DNA from: an uncultured Actinomycetes bacterium
Lineage (GTDB): Bacteria; Actinomycetota; Thermoleophilia; UBA2241
Direction of reading: 5' to 3'
DNA length: 64,000 bases
Assembly (NCBI GenBank): GCA_963733255.1
Contig: CAVTCH010000009.1
Location: 29,694-93,693, forward strand
The notes beneath the pieces were generated by a model, which had not been told where the DNA came from, did no database searches, and was given only the letters and a program-made list of their open reading frames with translations. Position numbers and translations under genes: made by a program. This document shows positions 1 through 9,060 of the stretch, in pieces; the first letter of the stretch is position 1, and each line of letters begins with the position of its first letter.

Positions 1-160
1 GCAGCGCCACGCGGGTCGTGTCGTAGCGCAGGCCGCGGAACGGTCGGATGTCAGCCAAGGGGGCTCGCCTCTCGCGGGGGGTACAGGGTCGGGAACGCAG
101 GCGGGGTCGGGACTGCAGGCAGTGTCGGGGACGCAGGTAAGTTCCGCACGTACGCCCCGC

Positions 161-1702
161 TTACGGCTTGATGATGATCGGCATGCCCACGGTGACCCAG
201 TCGTAGAGCTGTTCGACATCCCATTCGTGCATGCGGATGCAGCCGTGCGAGGCGTACGTGCCGATCGAGGAGTCCTCGGACGCCGGCACGCCGTGGATGC
301 CGACGCCCGAAAAGCCGGTGCCGATCCAGCGCATGCCGACGGGGTTGTCGGGCCCGGGCGCGACCGGCTTGGCGCCGGCCGCCCAGGGCGAGTCGGGCGG
401 CGTCCAGGTCGGGTCTTTGGTCATCCAGACAACGTAGGTCGTGCCGTTGGGCGTGGGGTAGGCCGCCTGGCCGGTGGCCACCGGGAACGTCTTCTTGAGC
501 TTGCCGTTCATGTAGAAGTAGAGCCGGTGCTCGGACTGCACGACGACGATGCGGCCCGACAGGCCGCCGAGCATCTGGGGGCCCACGACGCCGTCGACCG
601 GGATGCCGATCGCCGCCTGAAAGCGTTTGACCGCCTTCACCGTGCCCCTGCCGAGAACGCCGTTGGCGGGCCCGTGGTAGTAGCCCTGCGCGCGCAGCTT
701 GCGCTGCAGGTCGCGCACGTCGCGGCCGCGGGCGCCGTAGATGAGCGTTGCCTTGCCGAGCTTCTCGGTGCTGTTGACCAGGAACGTGCGCTTGTCGACC
801 GTCACGTGGTGACCGACGTCGGTGGCCGTGACCACCAGCGTGTGGAGACCTTCGGGCAGCTTGTCGAACGGGATCCTGACCTGCGAGGACGTCTTCTGGT
901 GGAGGATCGTGTGGCCGTCGAGTCTCATCGTCACTGTGGGGGCGGCGGCGGCGTCGGTGGCGGTCACGTCGGCCCTGGGTGTCGCGTGCTTTTCGACCTT
1001 GTCGATGCCGCTGACGGTGAGCTGGGGCGGCGTGGTGTCGACCACCAGGGCGCGATGCAGGCGAGTGGTGTTGCCGGCGCGGTCGGTCGCGGTGAGGGTG
1101 AGACGGGCGGGACCGTCGGCGAGGGGGATGCGGAGAGAGAAGGCGCCGTCGCTACCCGTCCGGGCCTGCGCCGTGTGCGTGCCGGACGTGGCCTTCACCG
1201 TGGCGCCCGGCTCGCTCGTGCCGGTGAGCGGCAGCGGGCTGGCCGTTGCGACGGAGCCGGTGCGCACGCCCCGCAGCACGAGCGTGGGGGGCACCGTGTC
1301 GACCGCGAAGCGCCAGCTCTTGGAGAGGCGCGGGCGCAACACGTCGGAGGTGCGCGCCGTGAGGGTGACGGAGTGACTGCCCTGCGCCAGACGGCCGGTC
1401 GGGAAGTAGAGGCCGTGGGCGGTGCTGAGCACCTTGAGGGTCACGTCGCGGTCGTCGAGGCGTACGGCGAGGTCGTGCAGATGCTCGACGCCGGGCAGAT
1501 CGATGGTGACCGTGAGCGAGTCGCGGCTCTGGTAGGAACCCGGGCCGGGGGTAACGGCCGCGATACGGGGAGCGGTGAGCAGCTCGAACCCGACGAAGGC
1601 GGCGACGACGGCCGCGGCGACGATCGCCACGATTCGAACGCGATGGCTGGCTGCGTGCGAGATTGCCGGTCCTTCAGGACTCCGTCTTGACGGTCGGGCC
1701 AA
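161..1702 (-). CDS. L,D-transpeptidase (YkuD domain) with peptidoglycan-binding domain and N-terminal Ig-like repeats
   Basis: C-terminal catalytic motif ...YASHGCIRM..., a PG_binding_1-like segment (LQRKLRAQGYYHGPANGVLGRGTVKAVKRFQ), and an N-terminal TM/signal region. Confidence 0.8.
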   Translation of the reverse strand: MARPSRRSPEGPAISHAASHRVRIVAIVAAAVVAAFVGFELLTAPRIAAVTPGPGSYQSRDSLTVTIDLPGVEHLHDLAVRLDDRDVTLKVLSTAHGLYFPTGRLAQGSHSVTLTARTSDVLRPRLSKSWRFAVDTVPPTLVLRGVRTGSVATASPLPLTGTSEPGATVKATSGTHTAQARTGSDGAFSLRIPLADGPARLTLTATDRAGNTTRLHRALVVDTTPPQLTVSGIDKVEKHATPRADVTATDAAAAPTVTMRLDGHTILHQKTSSQVRIPFDKLPEGLHTLVVTATDVGHHVTVDKRTFLVNSTEKLGKATLIYGARGRDVRDLQRKLRAQGYYHGPANGVLGRGTVKAVKRFQAAIGIPVDGVVGPQMLGGLSGRIVVVQSEHRLYFYMNGKLKKTFPVATGQAAYPTPNGTTYVVWMTKDPTWTPPDSPWAAGAKPVAPGPDNPVGMRWIGTGFSGVGIHGVPASEDSSIGTYASHGCIRMHEWDVEQLYDWVTVGMPIIIKP

Positions 1703-1858
1703 GGATATCAGGATTCACCGGCTCCGCCGAAGCGTCATGTCGCGCCGGTCCCACCGCGGTGTCAGGGGTGTCGTTGTGGCCCTCTGCTGGTGCGGGCACG
1801 GCCGTTTAGGGGTTATGCTCACGGCCAAGCACGACGTCCGGGCGACGAACGGAGCACT

Positions 1859-2647
1859 GTGAGCGACGACGACAGACGAGACGACGACCTGCGGACCATG
1901 CTGGCCGACGTCGCGGCGGGGCGCACGACCGTCGACGAGGCGGCCGATGCTCTTGCCCGGCTCGGCCTCACCCAGGTCGGCGATTTCGCCCGGCTCGACC
2001 TTGGCAGGGCGCGGCGCAAAGGGGTGCCCGAGATCGTCTTCGGCGACGGCAAGACCGTCGAGCAGTTCGTCGCCATCACCGCGGCCTTCCTCACACGCGC
2101 GAGCGCGGTGCTGGCCAGCAAGGTGACGCCCGAGCAGGCGGCCGCGGTGTCGGCTCCGCCCGGCGGCGCCATCGTATGGCACGAACGCGCGCGCCTGCTG
2201 GTCGTGTACCGCGAAGATCACCAGCCGGCGCCCGCCCGCGGCGTGGTCGGGGTGCTGGCCGGCGGCACGAGCGACACAGGGGTCGCCGACGAAGCCGCCG
2301 TCGTCTGTCGCGAGATGGGCGTCGAAGCGCTCACCGCCTACGACGTCGGCGTGGCCGGCGTGCACCGGCTGGCGGCGCCGCTGCGCGAGATGGTGGCGGC
2401 CGGCGCCGCCGCGCTGGTCGTGGCGGCCGGCATGGAGGGCGCCTTGCCGTCAGTGGTCTGCGGCCTTACGGACGTGCCCGTGATCGGTCTGCCGGTCTCG
2501 ACCGGCTACGGCCTCGGTGGACACGGCGAAGCGGCCCTGCTGGGCATGCTCCAGAGCTGCTCGCCCGGGCTCACCGTCGTCAATATAGACAACGGCGTCG
2601 GAGCCGGCGTCACCGCCGCGCTCATCGCCCGGGCGGCGGCCCGATGA
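1859..2647 (+). CDS. larB: LarB-like (PurE-family) nickel-pincer cofactor biosynthesis carboxylase/hydrolase
   Basis: PEIVFGDGKT...GTSD...LPSVV... PurE-like fold; GTG start at 1859 with GGAG 7 nt upstream and a TATGCT -10-like box further upstream. Confidence 0.6.
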   Translation: MSDDDRRDDDLRTMLADVAAGRTTVDEAADALARLGLTQVGDFARLDLGRARRKGVPEIVFGDGKTVEQFVAITAAFLTRASAVLASKVTPEQAAAVSAPPGGAIVWHERARLLVVYREDHQPAPARGVVGVLAGGTSDTGVADEAAVVCREMGVEALTAYDVGVAGVHRLAAPLREMVAAGAAALVVAAGMEGALPSVVCGLTDVPVIGLPVSTGYGLGGHGEAALLGMLQSCSPGLTVVNIDNGVGAGVTAALIARAAAR

Positions 2648-3114
2648 AGCAACTCGCCCTCATACTGCGCGACCGCCGCGACGAGCTCCACGGCTGCTGG
2701 ATCGCCCTGCTCAAGGGCACTGTCGGCGCGGAGTACCTCGACCTGCTGGCGAGCCCCCTGGGGGTGCGCCTCGTGCGCCGCATCGTCGACGACATGGTGA
2801 CGCTGTCGCAGGCCGAAGCCTACGAGGTGCCGGGCATCATCCGCCGCATCGAAAAGGAGACCGCGGGCGACGCCGCCCGCCGGGGCGCCCTCGGCTTCGA
2901 GCTCATGGACGTGGTCGCGGGGCTGCAGCAGGTGCGCGCGGCCATCTGGAAGGTCCTGATCGACGCGCTCGTGGTCGGCGACCTGCCGTCGTTCGGCGAG
3001 ACCATGGACGAGATGCAGCAACTCGACGGCTTCATGGACCTGCTGGTGCGCGTCGAGGTGAGGGGCTTTCTCGAAGGGCGCGACCGCCCCTCCGCCGCCG
3101 ACGACGACTGGTGA
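2644..3114 (+). CDS. hypothetical protein (156 aa), possibly a sensor-type alpha-helical domain; translationally coupled to larB (ATGA overlap)
   Basis: ORF in frame from ATG 2644 overlapping the larB stop; no recognisable catalytic motif. Confidence 0.45.
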   Translation: MKQLALILRDRRDELHGCWIALLKGTVGAEYLDLLASPLGVRLVRRIVDDMVTLSQAEAYEVPGIIRRIEKETAGDAARRGALGFELMDVVAGLQQVRAAIWKVLIDALVVGDLPSFGETMDEMQQLDGFMDLLVRVEVRGFLEGRDRPSAADDDW

Positions 3115-3172
3115 ACCGGCGGTAGCCCGCCGGGCGGTGCGCCTCTCGTCGCGCCCGCGGCGAGCCGGCCCT

Positions 3173-3652
3173 TTAGCTGTTCGTCACCGTCGCCTGGGGA
3201 TGCAGCATGCGGTGAAACCAGGGGCCGATACCCCAGGGCAGGTTCTCGAAGTAGTGGAACACGTAGGTGTGCGGCTGCTTCGTGGCGGTGATCGTGACCG
3301 TCGACTGCGACGGGCTCTGGATCGACGGCTGCAGCGTGCTTTCGGCCTTCAGCAGGATCGAGTTGTGGAGCTTCAGGAACGTCGAGGCGCTGTCCATGGC
3401 CATGTCGCGGCTCTCGGTCTGGACGAAGGTCGCGAGCGCCTGGTTGGCGGCGTCCGAGGCGTCCTGCCGCACGCCGAGCGAGGCGTGGACGACCGCCACG
3501 GCATCGAGACCCACCACGCCCACGATGACGATGATCGCGGCGAAGATCACCACCCCACGCAAAAAGCCGTCTTGTCGACGCCAGCGGGAGAGGTTCACAG
3601 TGCTGCTCCGGTCCACGGCGTTCCTCCGGTCGATACTCCATAGCTCTGCCAT
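3173..3652 (-). CDS. hypothetical membrane-anchored protein
   Basis: N-terminal hydrophobic helix (VVIFAAIIVIVGVVGL); alternative GTG start near 3598. Confidence 0.4.
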   Translation of the reverse strand: MAELWSIDRRNAVDRSSTVNLSRWRRQDGFLRGVVIFAAIIVIVGVVGLDAVAVVHASLGVRQDASDAANQALATFVQTESRDMAMDSASTFLKLHNSILLKAESTLQPSIQSPSQSTVTITATKQPHTYVFHYFENLPWGIGPWFHRMLHPQATVTNS

Positions 3653-3710
3653 GTGTCGCCTATATCGGCGCGCTTGCTCGAGTGCTGTAGCCCTTCGTTT
3701 CGGGCAGCGG

Positions 3711-4553
3711 TCAAGGCGGGCCCGGCGCGCCGGCCGGCTCCCTGTCGCGGCGGATCAGAACGAGGGCGACATCGTCGGCCGGCGGGTGGCCGCCGAACGC
3801 GGTGGCGTCGGCGATCAGGCCGTCGAGGAGGGCGCCGCCCGGCAGGTCGCGCAGCTCCTCGAGGGCCTGGTCTAAGCGCGCGTCTTCGTAGTAGCGGCCG
3901 GTGGCGTCGCGCACGTCGGAGAGCCCGTCGGTGTAGAGCAGCAGGGCCTCGCCGGGAGCCAGCTCGACGTAGTCGGTGGGCAGCGCCTGAAGCTCGGCTT
4001 CCTCGGTGACGCCGAGCGCCGGGTTGCCGAACAGCAGCGGCCGCTCAATGCGGTCGCGGCGCAGGACGATGGGGCTCGGGTGTCCCGCGGTGGCGAGGCC
4101 GACCACGCCGCTGCGGGCGTCGACCGAGGCGATGCAGACGGTGACGAAGTCGTGCGGCTCGTGAGGCACGGCGAGGAGGGCGTTGTGGATGTCGCGCAGC
4201 GCTTCGCCGGGTAGCAGGGGCCAGCGCTGCGCGGCGAGGATGGCCCGCACGATGTACTTGGCCATGATCGCGCGGGCCGCCGCCCCGACACCCTTGCCGC
4301 GGACGTCGCCGAGCGTCACCACGACCTGCGCCAGCCCGCCCTGGCCCAGAAAGTCGACGAAGTCGCCGCCGAAGCCGTCGATCTCGCGCAGCTCCGAGCG
4401 TTCGTCGTCGCCGCGCGTGCGGTAGAGGGTCTCGATCTCGAGCCCCGCCACCTCCGGTCGCTCCCCCGGCCCGAGCAGGTCACGAAAGTCCGAGATCAGG
4501 CGCCGCACGGCATCCGGGGTGTGGCGCCGGTCGCCGGTTTCGGGCGCGGTCAT
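3711..4553 (-). CDS. PP2C-family (SpoIIE/RsbU-like) serine phosphatase
   Basis: Conserved PP2C blocks (GDVRGKG, LLYTDG, DDVALVL); start ATG overlaps the gatD stop (ATGA). Confidence 0.8.
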   Translation of the reverse strand: MTAPETGDRRHTPDAVRRLISDFRDLLGPGERPEVAGLEIETLYRTRGDDERSELREIDGFGGDFVDFLGQGGLAQVVVTLGDVRGKGVGAAARAIMAKYIVRAILAAQRWPLLPGEALRDIHNALLAVPHEPHDFVTVCIASVDARSGVVGLATAGHPSPIVLRRDRIERPLLFGNPALGVTEEAELQALPTDYVELAPGEALLLYTDGLSDVRDATGRYYEDARLDQALEELRDLPGGALLDGLIADATAFGGHPPADDVALVLIRRDREPAGAPGPP

Positions 4554-5506
4554 CGCCGCTGCTCCGGTCGCGCCGCTCCGGCGCCCGAGCCGCGCCGGCG
4601 CCCGCGCCGTGCCGCGCCGGTGCCTGAGCTGCGCCGCGCCGCGTCGCGCTCGGCGACCAGCACGGCCTCGCGCTGGGCTGAGTCTTCGCGGGAGTGCGCG
4701 AGTGGTGCGAGTGCCCGGCCGCCGCCGGCGTGCTCGAGGGCGAGGGCCAGGAGATGGTCGGTGAGCCAGGCGTTCTTGGGCAGGACCGGACCGTGCAGGT
4801 AGGTGGCGATGACGTTGCCGGCGCGCACTCCCTCGCCGCCGTCGCGGCCGTTGTTACCGAACCCGCAGCGCACGCGCCCCAGGGGCTGGGCTTGGCCGAG
4901 GAACGTGCGGCCGCCGTGGTTTTCGAAACCGACCAGAAGATGGACCGCCTCGCCGCCGGTCTCGCCGGCGCCGCCCGCGCCATCGTCGCCGGTGTCGCCC
5001 GCACCGGTGTCGCGAGCCGCGGCGACCTCGTCTCCGGCGGGCCCGCCGAGGCCGGTGACGTTGGCTACGACGTTGCCGATCAGGCGCCACTCACCCGGCT
5101 TGGCGGCCAGGGTCTCGAGGTCGAGCAGGCCGAGGCCGGCCAGCTCACTGCCGTCGGCCGCCACGTAGCGGCGCCCCAGGAGCTGCAGCCCCGCGCAGAC
5201 GGCGAACACGACGGCGCCGTCGGCGATCACGCCCGCGATCCAGGGCCGCAGCCGGACCAGATCGGCCGCCAGCGCCTGCTGGACGCGGTCCTGGCCGCCG
5301 CCCATGAAGACGAGGTCGCAGCGCGCCGGCGGCTCGTCGCCGCGCTCGACCGCGTGCCAGTTCAGGGTGAGGCCGCGCAGCGCGGCGCGGCGGGTGAGGG
5401 CTGCGACGTTGCCGCGGTCGCCGTAGGTGTTCATCGTCGTCGGATACAGGTGGACCGCCTCGAGGATGGTGGGGGCGGCGTGGGTCGCCTCGCGGGCGCC
5501 GGTCAT
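4550..5506 (-). CDS. gatD: lipid II isoglutaminyl synthase glutaminase subunit GatD (CobQ/CobB-type glutamine amidotransferase), with low-complexity insert and tail
   Basis: GATase1-like motifs (FMGGGQD, CAGLQLLG, YLHGP); start ATG 5506 overlaps the murT stop (ATGA); listed ORF extends upstream only as a frame shadow. Confidence 0.75.
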   Translation of the reverse strand: MTGAREATHAAPTILEAVHLYPTTMNTYGDRGNVAALTRRAALRGLTLNWHAVERGDEPPARCDLVFMGGGQDRVQQALAADLVRLRPWIAGVIADGAVVFAVCAGLQLLGRRYVAADGSELAGLGLLDLETLAAKPGEWRLIGNVVANVTGLGGPAGDEVAAARDTGAGDTGDDGAGGAGETGGEAVHLLVGFENHGGRTFLGQAQPLGRVRCGFGNNGRDGGEGVRAGNVIATYLHGPVLPKNAWLTDHLLALALEHAGGGRALAPLAHSREDSAQREAVLVAERDAARRSSGTGAARRGRRRGSGAGAARPEQRR

Positions 5507-6882
5507 TGCCGGACCTCTTTCCAGTCCGCGAGCGCGCCGCGGACCTCCTTGAGCGCCGTATAGGTCGGCAGCAGGTAGACCGCGCGGGCGCCGCGCCGTG
5601 TCGCCAGCTCGAGCGCGGCGCTCACGGAGTCGACCGTCGCAAGGGCTTCGTCGGGCACGCCGGCGTAGCTCAGCCGGAGCGCCATCTCGTGCTTGCGCGT
5701 GCCGCTCGTCACGACCAGGCTCGCCGGCGGCAGCAACTCCTCCATGTCGACGTCCCAGATCCACGAGATGTCGCGGCCGTCGGCGATGTTGTCGTTCAGA
5801 ACGAAGACGAGCGCCTTCTCGCCCGGAACGTCCCCCAGCGCGCGCAGCGTCTGGTTCATGCCGGCCGGGTTCTTGACGAGATTGACCTGCACGGTGGTGT
5901 CGCCGCGGGCCACGAGACTCCAGCGCCCGAAGACCGGCTGATAGGCGGCCAGCGCGCGCAGCGTGCTCGCCGGCTCGACGCCGAGCCGCTGGGTGAGAGC
6001 GACCGCGCCCAGGGCGTTGTAGATGTTGTGCAGGCCGGGCACGCGGAGGCGCAGCTCGCCGGCGACGACGCCGGCGAGCTGCGCCTCCGCGTGCCCGGCG
6101 ACCGTGGCGAGCGCGCGCGCTTCGAGGTCGCGCGGCGGCCGGGCGAAGCTGCACGACGGGCAGCGGTAGTCGCCGAGCTGCGACAGCCAGCGCGACGAGT
6201 ACTCGAGCATCGTCGCGCAGCGCGGGCAGATGGCGACGTCGCTGACCTCGTGGTCGGCGCGTCCGTCGCGCACGTCGACGCCGAAGAAGACGGTCTCGCG
6301 ACCGGATTCCTGGGCGACCCAGGTCACGAGCGGGTCGTCGGCGTTGGCGACCAGCACAGAGGCGGGCAGATCGCGCAAGGCGGCGAGCCAGCCTTCGGCC
6401 AGGCGATTGACCTCGCCGTAGCGGTCGAGCTGGTCGCGGAACAAGTTCGTCAGCACGACGACCCGCGGCGCTCCCAGCAGGTCGATGGCCGCCGGCACGA
6501 TCGCCTCGTCGATCTCGAGCAGGGCGAACGGCGCCGCCGGGCGTCGCGAGAAGGCGGTGGCGATGCCCGAGAGCAGGTTGGCGCCTTCGGCGTTGGTGAC
6601 GAAGTCGCGGCCGGCGGCCGTGAGGGCGCCGGCGGCCATGTTGGCGGTCGTCGTCTTGCCGTTGGTGCCGGTGACCACCGCGAGGCCCTCGGTGAGCCGG
6701 TGACCGTGGCTTTCCAGGTAGCCCGGAAAGAGCGCGTTGGCGACCTTGCCGGGCATGCTGCTCGCCTGGCCGGCGCCGCTCAGGCGCACGGCGGCGGCGA
6801 CGGTTCGGGCGGTGAGGCGGGGAAGGAGCTCCATGTCGGGCTCATGATACTCGATGCGACAGCGCAGCCCCTTCATGGTCAC
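5503..6882 (-). CDS. murT: lipid II isoglutaminyl synthase ligase subunit MurT (Mur ligase family)
   Basis: Mur ligase P-loop GTNGKTTT, Cys4 zinc ribbon (CPRC...CPSC), and a DUF1727-like C-terminus. Confidence 0.8.
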   Translation of the reverse strand: MTMKGLRCRIEYHEPDMELLPRLTARTVAAAVRLSGAGQASSMPGKVANALFPGYLESHGHRLTEGLAVVTGTNGKTTTANMAAGALTAAGRDFVTNAEGANLLSGIATAFSRRPAAPFALLEIDEAIVPAAIDLLGAPRVVVLTNLFRDQLDRYGEVNRLAEGWLAALRDLPASVLVANADDPLVTWVAQESGRETVFFGVDVRDGRADHEVSDVAICPRCATMLEYSSRWLSQLGDYRCPSCSFARPPRDLEARALATVAGHAEAQLAGVVAGELRLRVPGLHNIYNALGAVALTQRLGVEPASTLRALAAYQPVFGRWSLVARGDTTVQVNLVKNPAGMNQTLRALGDVPGEKALVFVLNDNIADGRDISWIWDVDMEELLPPASLVVTSGTRKHEMALRLSYAGVPDEALATVDSVSAALELATRRGARAVYLLPTYTALKEVRGALADWKEVRQ

Positions 6883-6954
6883 GATGGCCAGCGTCTCGTG
6901 TCGCGGCCGGGCCCTACCAGCCGGCAGGTCTGCGAATCGCGCGTCCGTCCGCTG

Positions 6955-7137
6955 TCAGGACCGGATCGGGGAGCTGGTACTTTGCGTATTGGTCTGGAGC
7001 GATCTTGAAGGTGCCCGTGGCCACGTGATCGAAAGCTCGGTTTGAGCGGCGAGGCGGGAAGAGCGCTGTCTTTCAACATCCTTCAACGAATGGTACAGGT
7101 TGAAGCCGTCGACGATGAAGCAGACGCGCTTGGCCAT
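6955..7137 (-). pseudogene. short ORF whose first ~20 aa resemble a NYN/LabA-like domain N-terminus (MAKRVCFIVDGFNLYHSL), probable gene remnant
   Basis: Similarity confined to the N-terminal strand and DG motif; the rest is unlike NYN; local GC drops. Confidence 0.25.
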
Positions 7138-7147
7138 TCGCCCCCCC

Positions 7148-7182
7148 AAAGAAAAAACCCCCGGGATCGCAACCCCGGGGGG
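7148..7182 (-). terminator. intrinsic terminator for the minus-strand gene ending at 7287
   Basis: GC stem cccccggg / ccccgggg with a 7-nt loop, followed on the minus strand by TTTTTTCTTT. Confidence 0.45.
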
Positions 7183-7286
7183 CCCAGAGGGCCGTAGCCC
7201 GCTGGGGATGATCACGCAGTATTCAATACCCAGCCTGCCCAGGCGTCAAGCTCTCAGACGGCCAGGTCCGACTCGCTGTCGCTGCG

Positions 7287-7829
7287 TCAGGTGGCGCGGC
7301 CCGACAGGAAGGAGCCGAGGGCGGCCTGTACCACGAGGGCGATGATGCAGAGCAGCACCGCGGTCGTGAACGTGAAGTTGAAGACCAGCACGAGGACCGC
7401 CATGACGCCCGCCCACAGGAGCGTGCGCGGGATGAAGTCGCGCAGCACGCGCCGCCGAAAGCCGAGCCAGGCGAGCTGGCGGCCCATGACGGAGCTGCGC
7501 TCCTCGTTGTCCAGGTAGCTCGACTCCGCGGTGCGCAGCCGGGGTGTGAGGTCGGTGCCCTCGTCGGAGAACAGCCGGCACTGCAGCTCGAGGCCAAGGT
7601 TCTGGCGCATGAGCTTGCGCTGGCCGCGGCCGTAGAAGGCGACCAGCGAGAGAAAGCGTTCGTCGCCGGCCAGGCCGCTGTCGCGCACGGTGACGTCGAG
7701 CAGGAAACGCCGGGCGCGGTGATCGTACTGCACCCGCGATTGCCAGCGCTTGCGCGGAAAGAAGTCGCGCAAGAACCGGTCGAGGTCGCGCGGCAAACCT
7801 TCGACAACCTGGTCGGCACGGTCCGTCAC
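7287..7829 (-). CDS. hypothetical protein with C-terminal transmembrane helix
   Basis: ORF with C-terminal hydrophobic segment; GTG start at 7829 lies 7 nt after a TACAAT box (possible leaderless transcript). Confidence 0.4.
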   Translation of the reverse strand: MTDRADQVVEGLPRDLDRFLRDFFPRKRWQSRVQYDHRARRFLLDVTVRDSGLAGDERFLSLVAFYGRGQRKLMRQNLGLELQCRLFSDEGTDLTPRLRTAESSYLDNEERSSVMGRQLAWLGFRRRVLRDFIPRTLLWAGVMAVLVLVFNFTFTTAVLLCIIALVVQAALGSFLSGRAT

Positions 7830-7914
7830 GATTCGATTGTACCCCTGCGCAGCGGTGTCACGCGCCGCCGGCCGTGTCGCGACAGCCCGGTGCGGGTCGG
7901 CTACACTTTCCGGC

Positions 7915-9060
7915 ATGAGCGTTCCGGTCGTACTGTCCGTAGTCGGCAACCGCCCGCAGTACATCAAGGCGGCGATCGTCTCGCGCGCCGTGCGCGGGGT
8001 GGCCGCCGAGGTCCTGCTCGACACCGGCCAGCACTACGACCACGAGCTCGCCGGCGTGTTCTATGAGGAGCTCGACCTGCCGGTCCCCGACATCGAGCTC
8101 GGCGTCGGTTCAGACAGCCATGCCCGCCAGACGGCCGCCATGCTGACCGGCATAGCCGATGCCGTCGCGCGGGTGGCTCCGGCGCTCGTCTTAGTCTACG
8201 GCGACACGAACTCGACCCTCGCCGGGGCGCTCGCCGCGGCCAAGCTGCACGTGCCCGTCGCGCACGTCGAGGCGGGGCTGCGCTCCTTCGACAGGCGCAT
8301 GCCCGAAGAGATCAACCGCGTGCTGACCGACCACCTCTCGAGCCTGCTGTTCTGCCCCACCGACACGGCGGTCGCAAACCTTGCCGCCGAAGGCATCGTG
8401 GCCGGGGTCGAGCAGGTCGGCGACGTCATGAACGACCTCGCCATGGCGACGCTGACGGCCGCTCGCGAACAGGCGGTGCTCGCGCGCTTCGGGGTGCGCC
8501 CCGGCGGCTATGTGCTGGCCACGGCTCACCGACCGGCGACCACCGACGAGCCGGCCCACCTCGAAGCCGTGCTGCTGGCCCTCGGCGGCCGCGACGAGAC
8601 CGTGATCTTCCCGGCCCACCCGCGCACGGCGGCCAGCATCGACCGGTTCGGGCTGGCCGGTCTCGTCACGCCCAACATCAGGCTGGTCGAGCCGGTCGGC
8701 TACAGCGAGTCGCTGGCCCTGGTCAAGAACGCCCGCGTCGTGGCGACCGACTCCGGGGGCCTGCAGAAAGAGGCTTACTTCTTCTCGGTGCCGTGCGTGA
8801 CCATGCGCGACACGAGCGAGTGGGTCGAGACCATCGAAAGCGGCTGGAACATACTGGTCGGCACAGACCGCGAGGCGCTCGCCTCGGCCCTGGCCTCACC
8901 GCCGCGGGGTGCGCGGCACCCCGCGTTCTACGGCCGGGGCGACGCCGGCGAGCGTCTCGCGGTCGCCCTCGCCGCATTCCTCGAACAGACGAACACCGCC
9001 CCAGAGGCGGGCCGGCGCGGCGCCCCGTCGCCGTCCGGTCACCAAGGAGACAAGCCATGA
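7915..9060 (+). CDS. UDP-N-acetylglucosamine 2-epimerase (non-hydrolysing; WecB/WbpI-like)
   Basis: Full-length epimerase_2 motifs (VVGNRPQYIK, HVEAGLRS, DSGGLQKEA). Confidence 0.85.
   Translation: MSVPVVLSVVGNRPQYIKAAIVSRAVRGVAAEVLLDTGQHYDHELAGVFYEELDLPVPDIELGVGSDSHARQTAAMLTGIADAVARVAPALVLVYGDTNSTLAGALAAAKLHVPVAHVEAGLRSFDRRMPEEINRVLTDHLSSLLFCPTDTAVANLAAEGIVAGVEQVGDVMNDLAMATLTAAREQAVLARFGVRPGGYVLATAHRPATTDEPAHLEAVLLALGGRDETVIFPAHPRTAASIDRFGLAGLVTPNIRLVEPVGYSESLALVKNARVVATDSGGLQKEAYFFSVPCVTMRDTSEWVETIESGWNILVGTDREALASALASPPRGARHPAFYGRGDAGERLAVALAAFLEQTNTAPEAGRRGAPSPSGHQGDKP

Noticed and set aside
122-1690. 522-aa plus-strand ORF antisense to the L,D-transpeptidase gene
   Set aside because: Low-complexity Arg/Gly/Asp-rich translation typical of a GC-rich shadow frame. 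The minus-strand product has clear YkuD and PG-binding motifs.
5506-7008. 500-aa plus-strand ORF antisense to murT
   Set aside because: No domain signal, and Arg/Ala-rich composition. MurT on the opposite strand has the P-loop and zinc ribbon.
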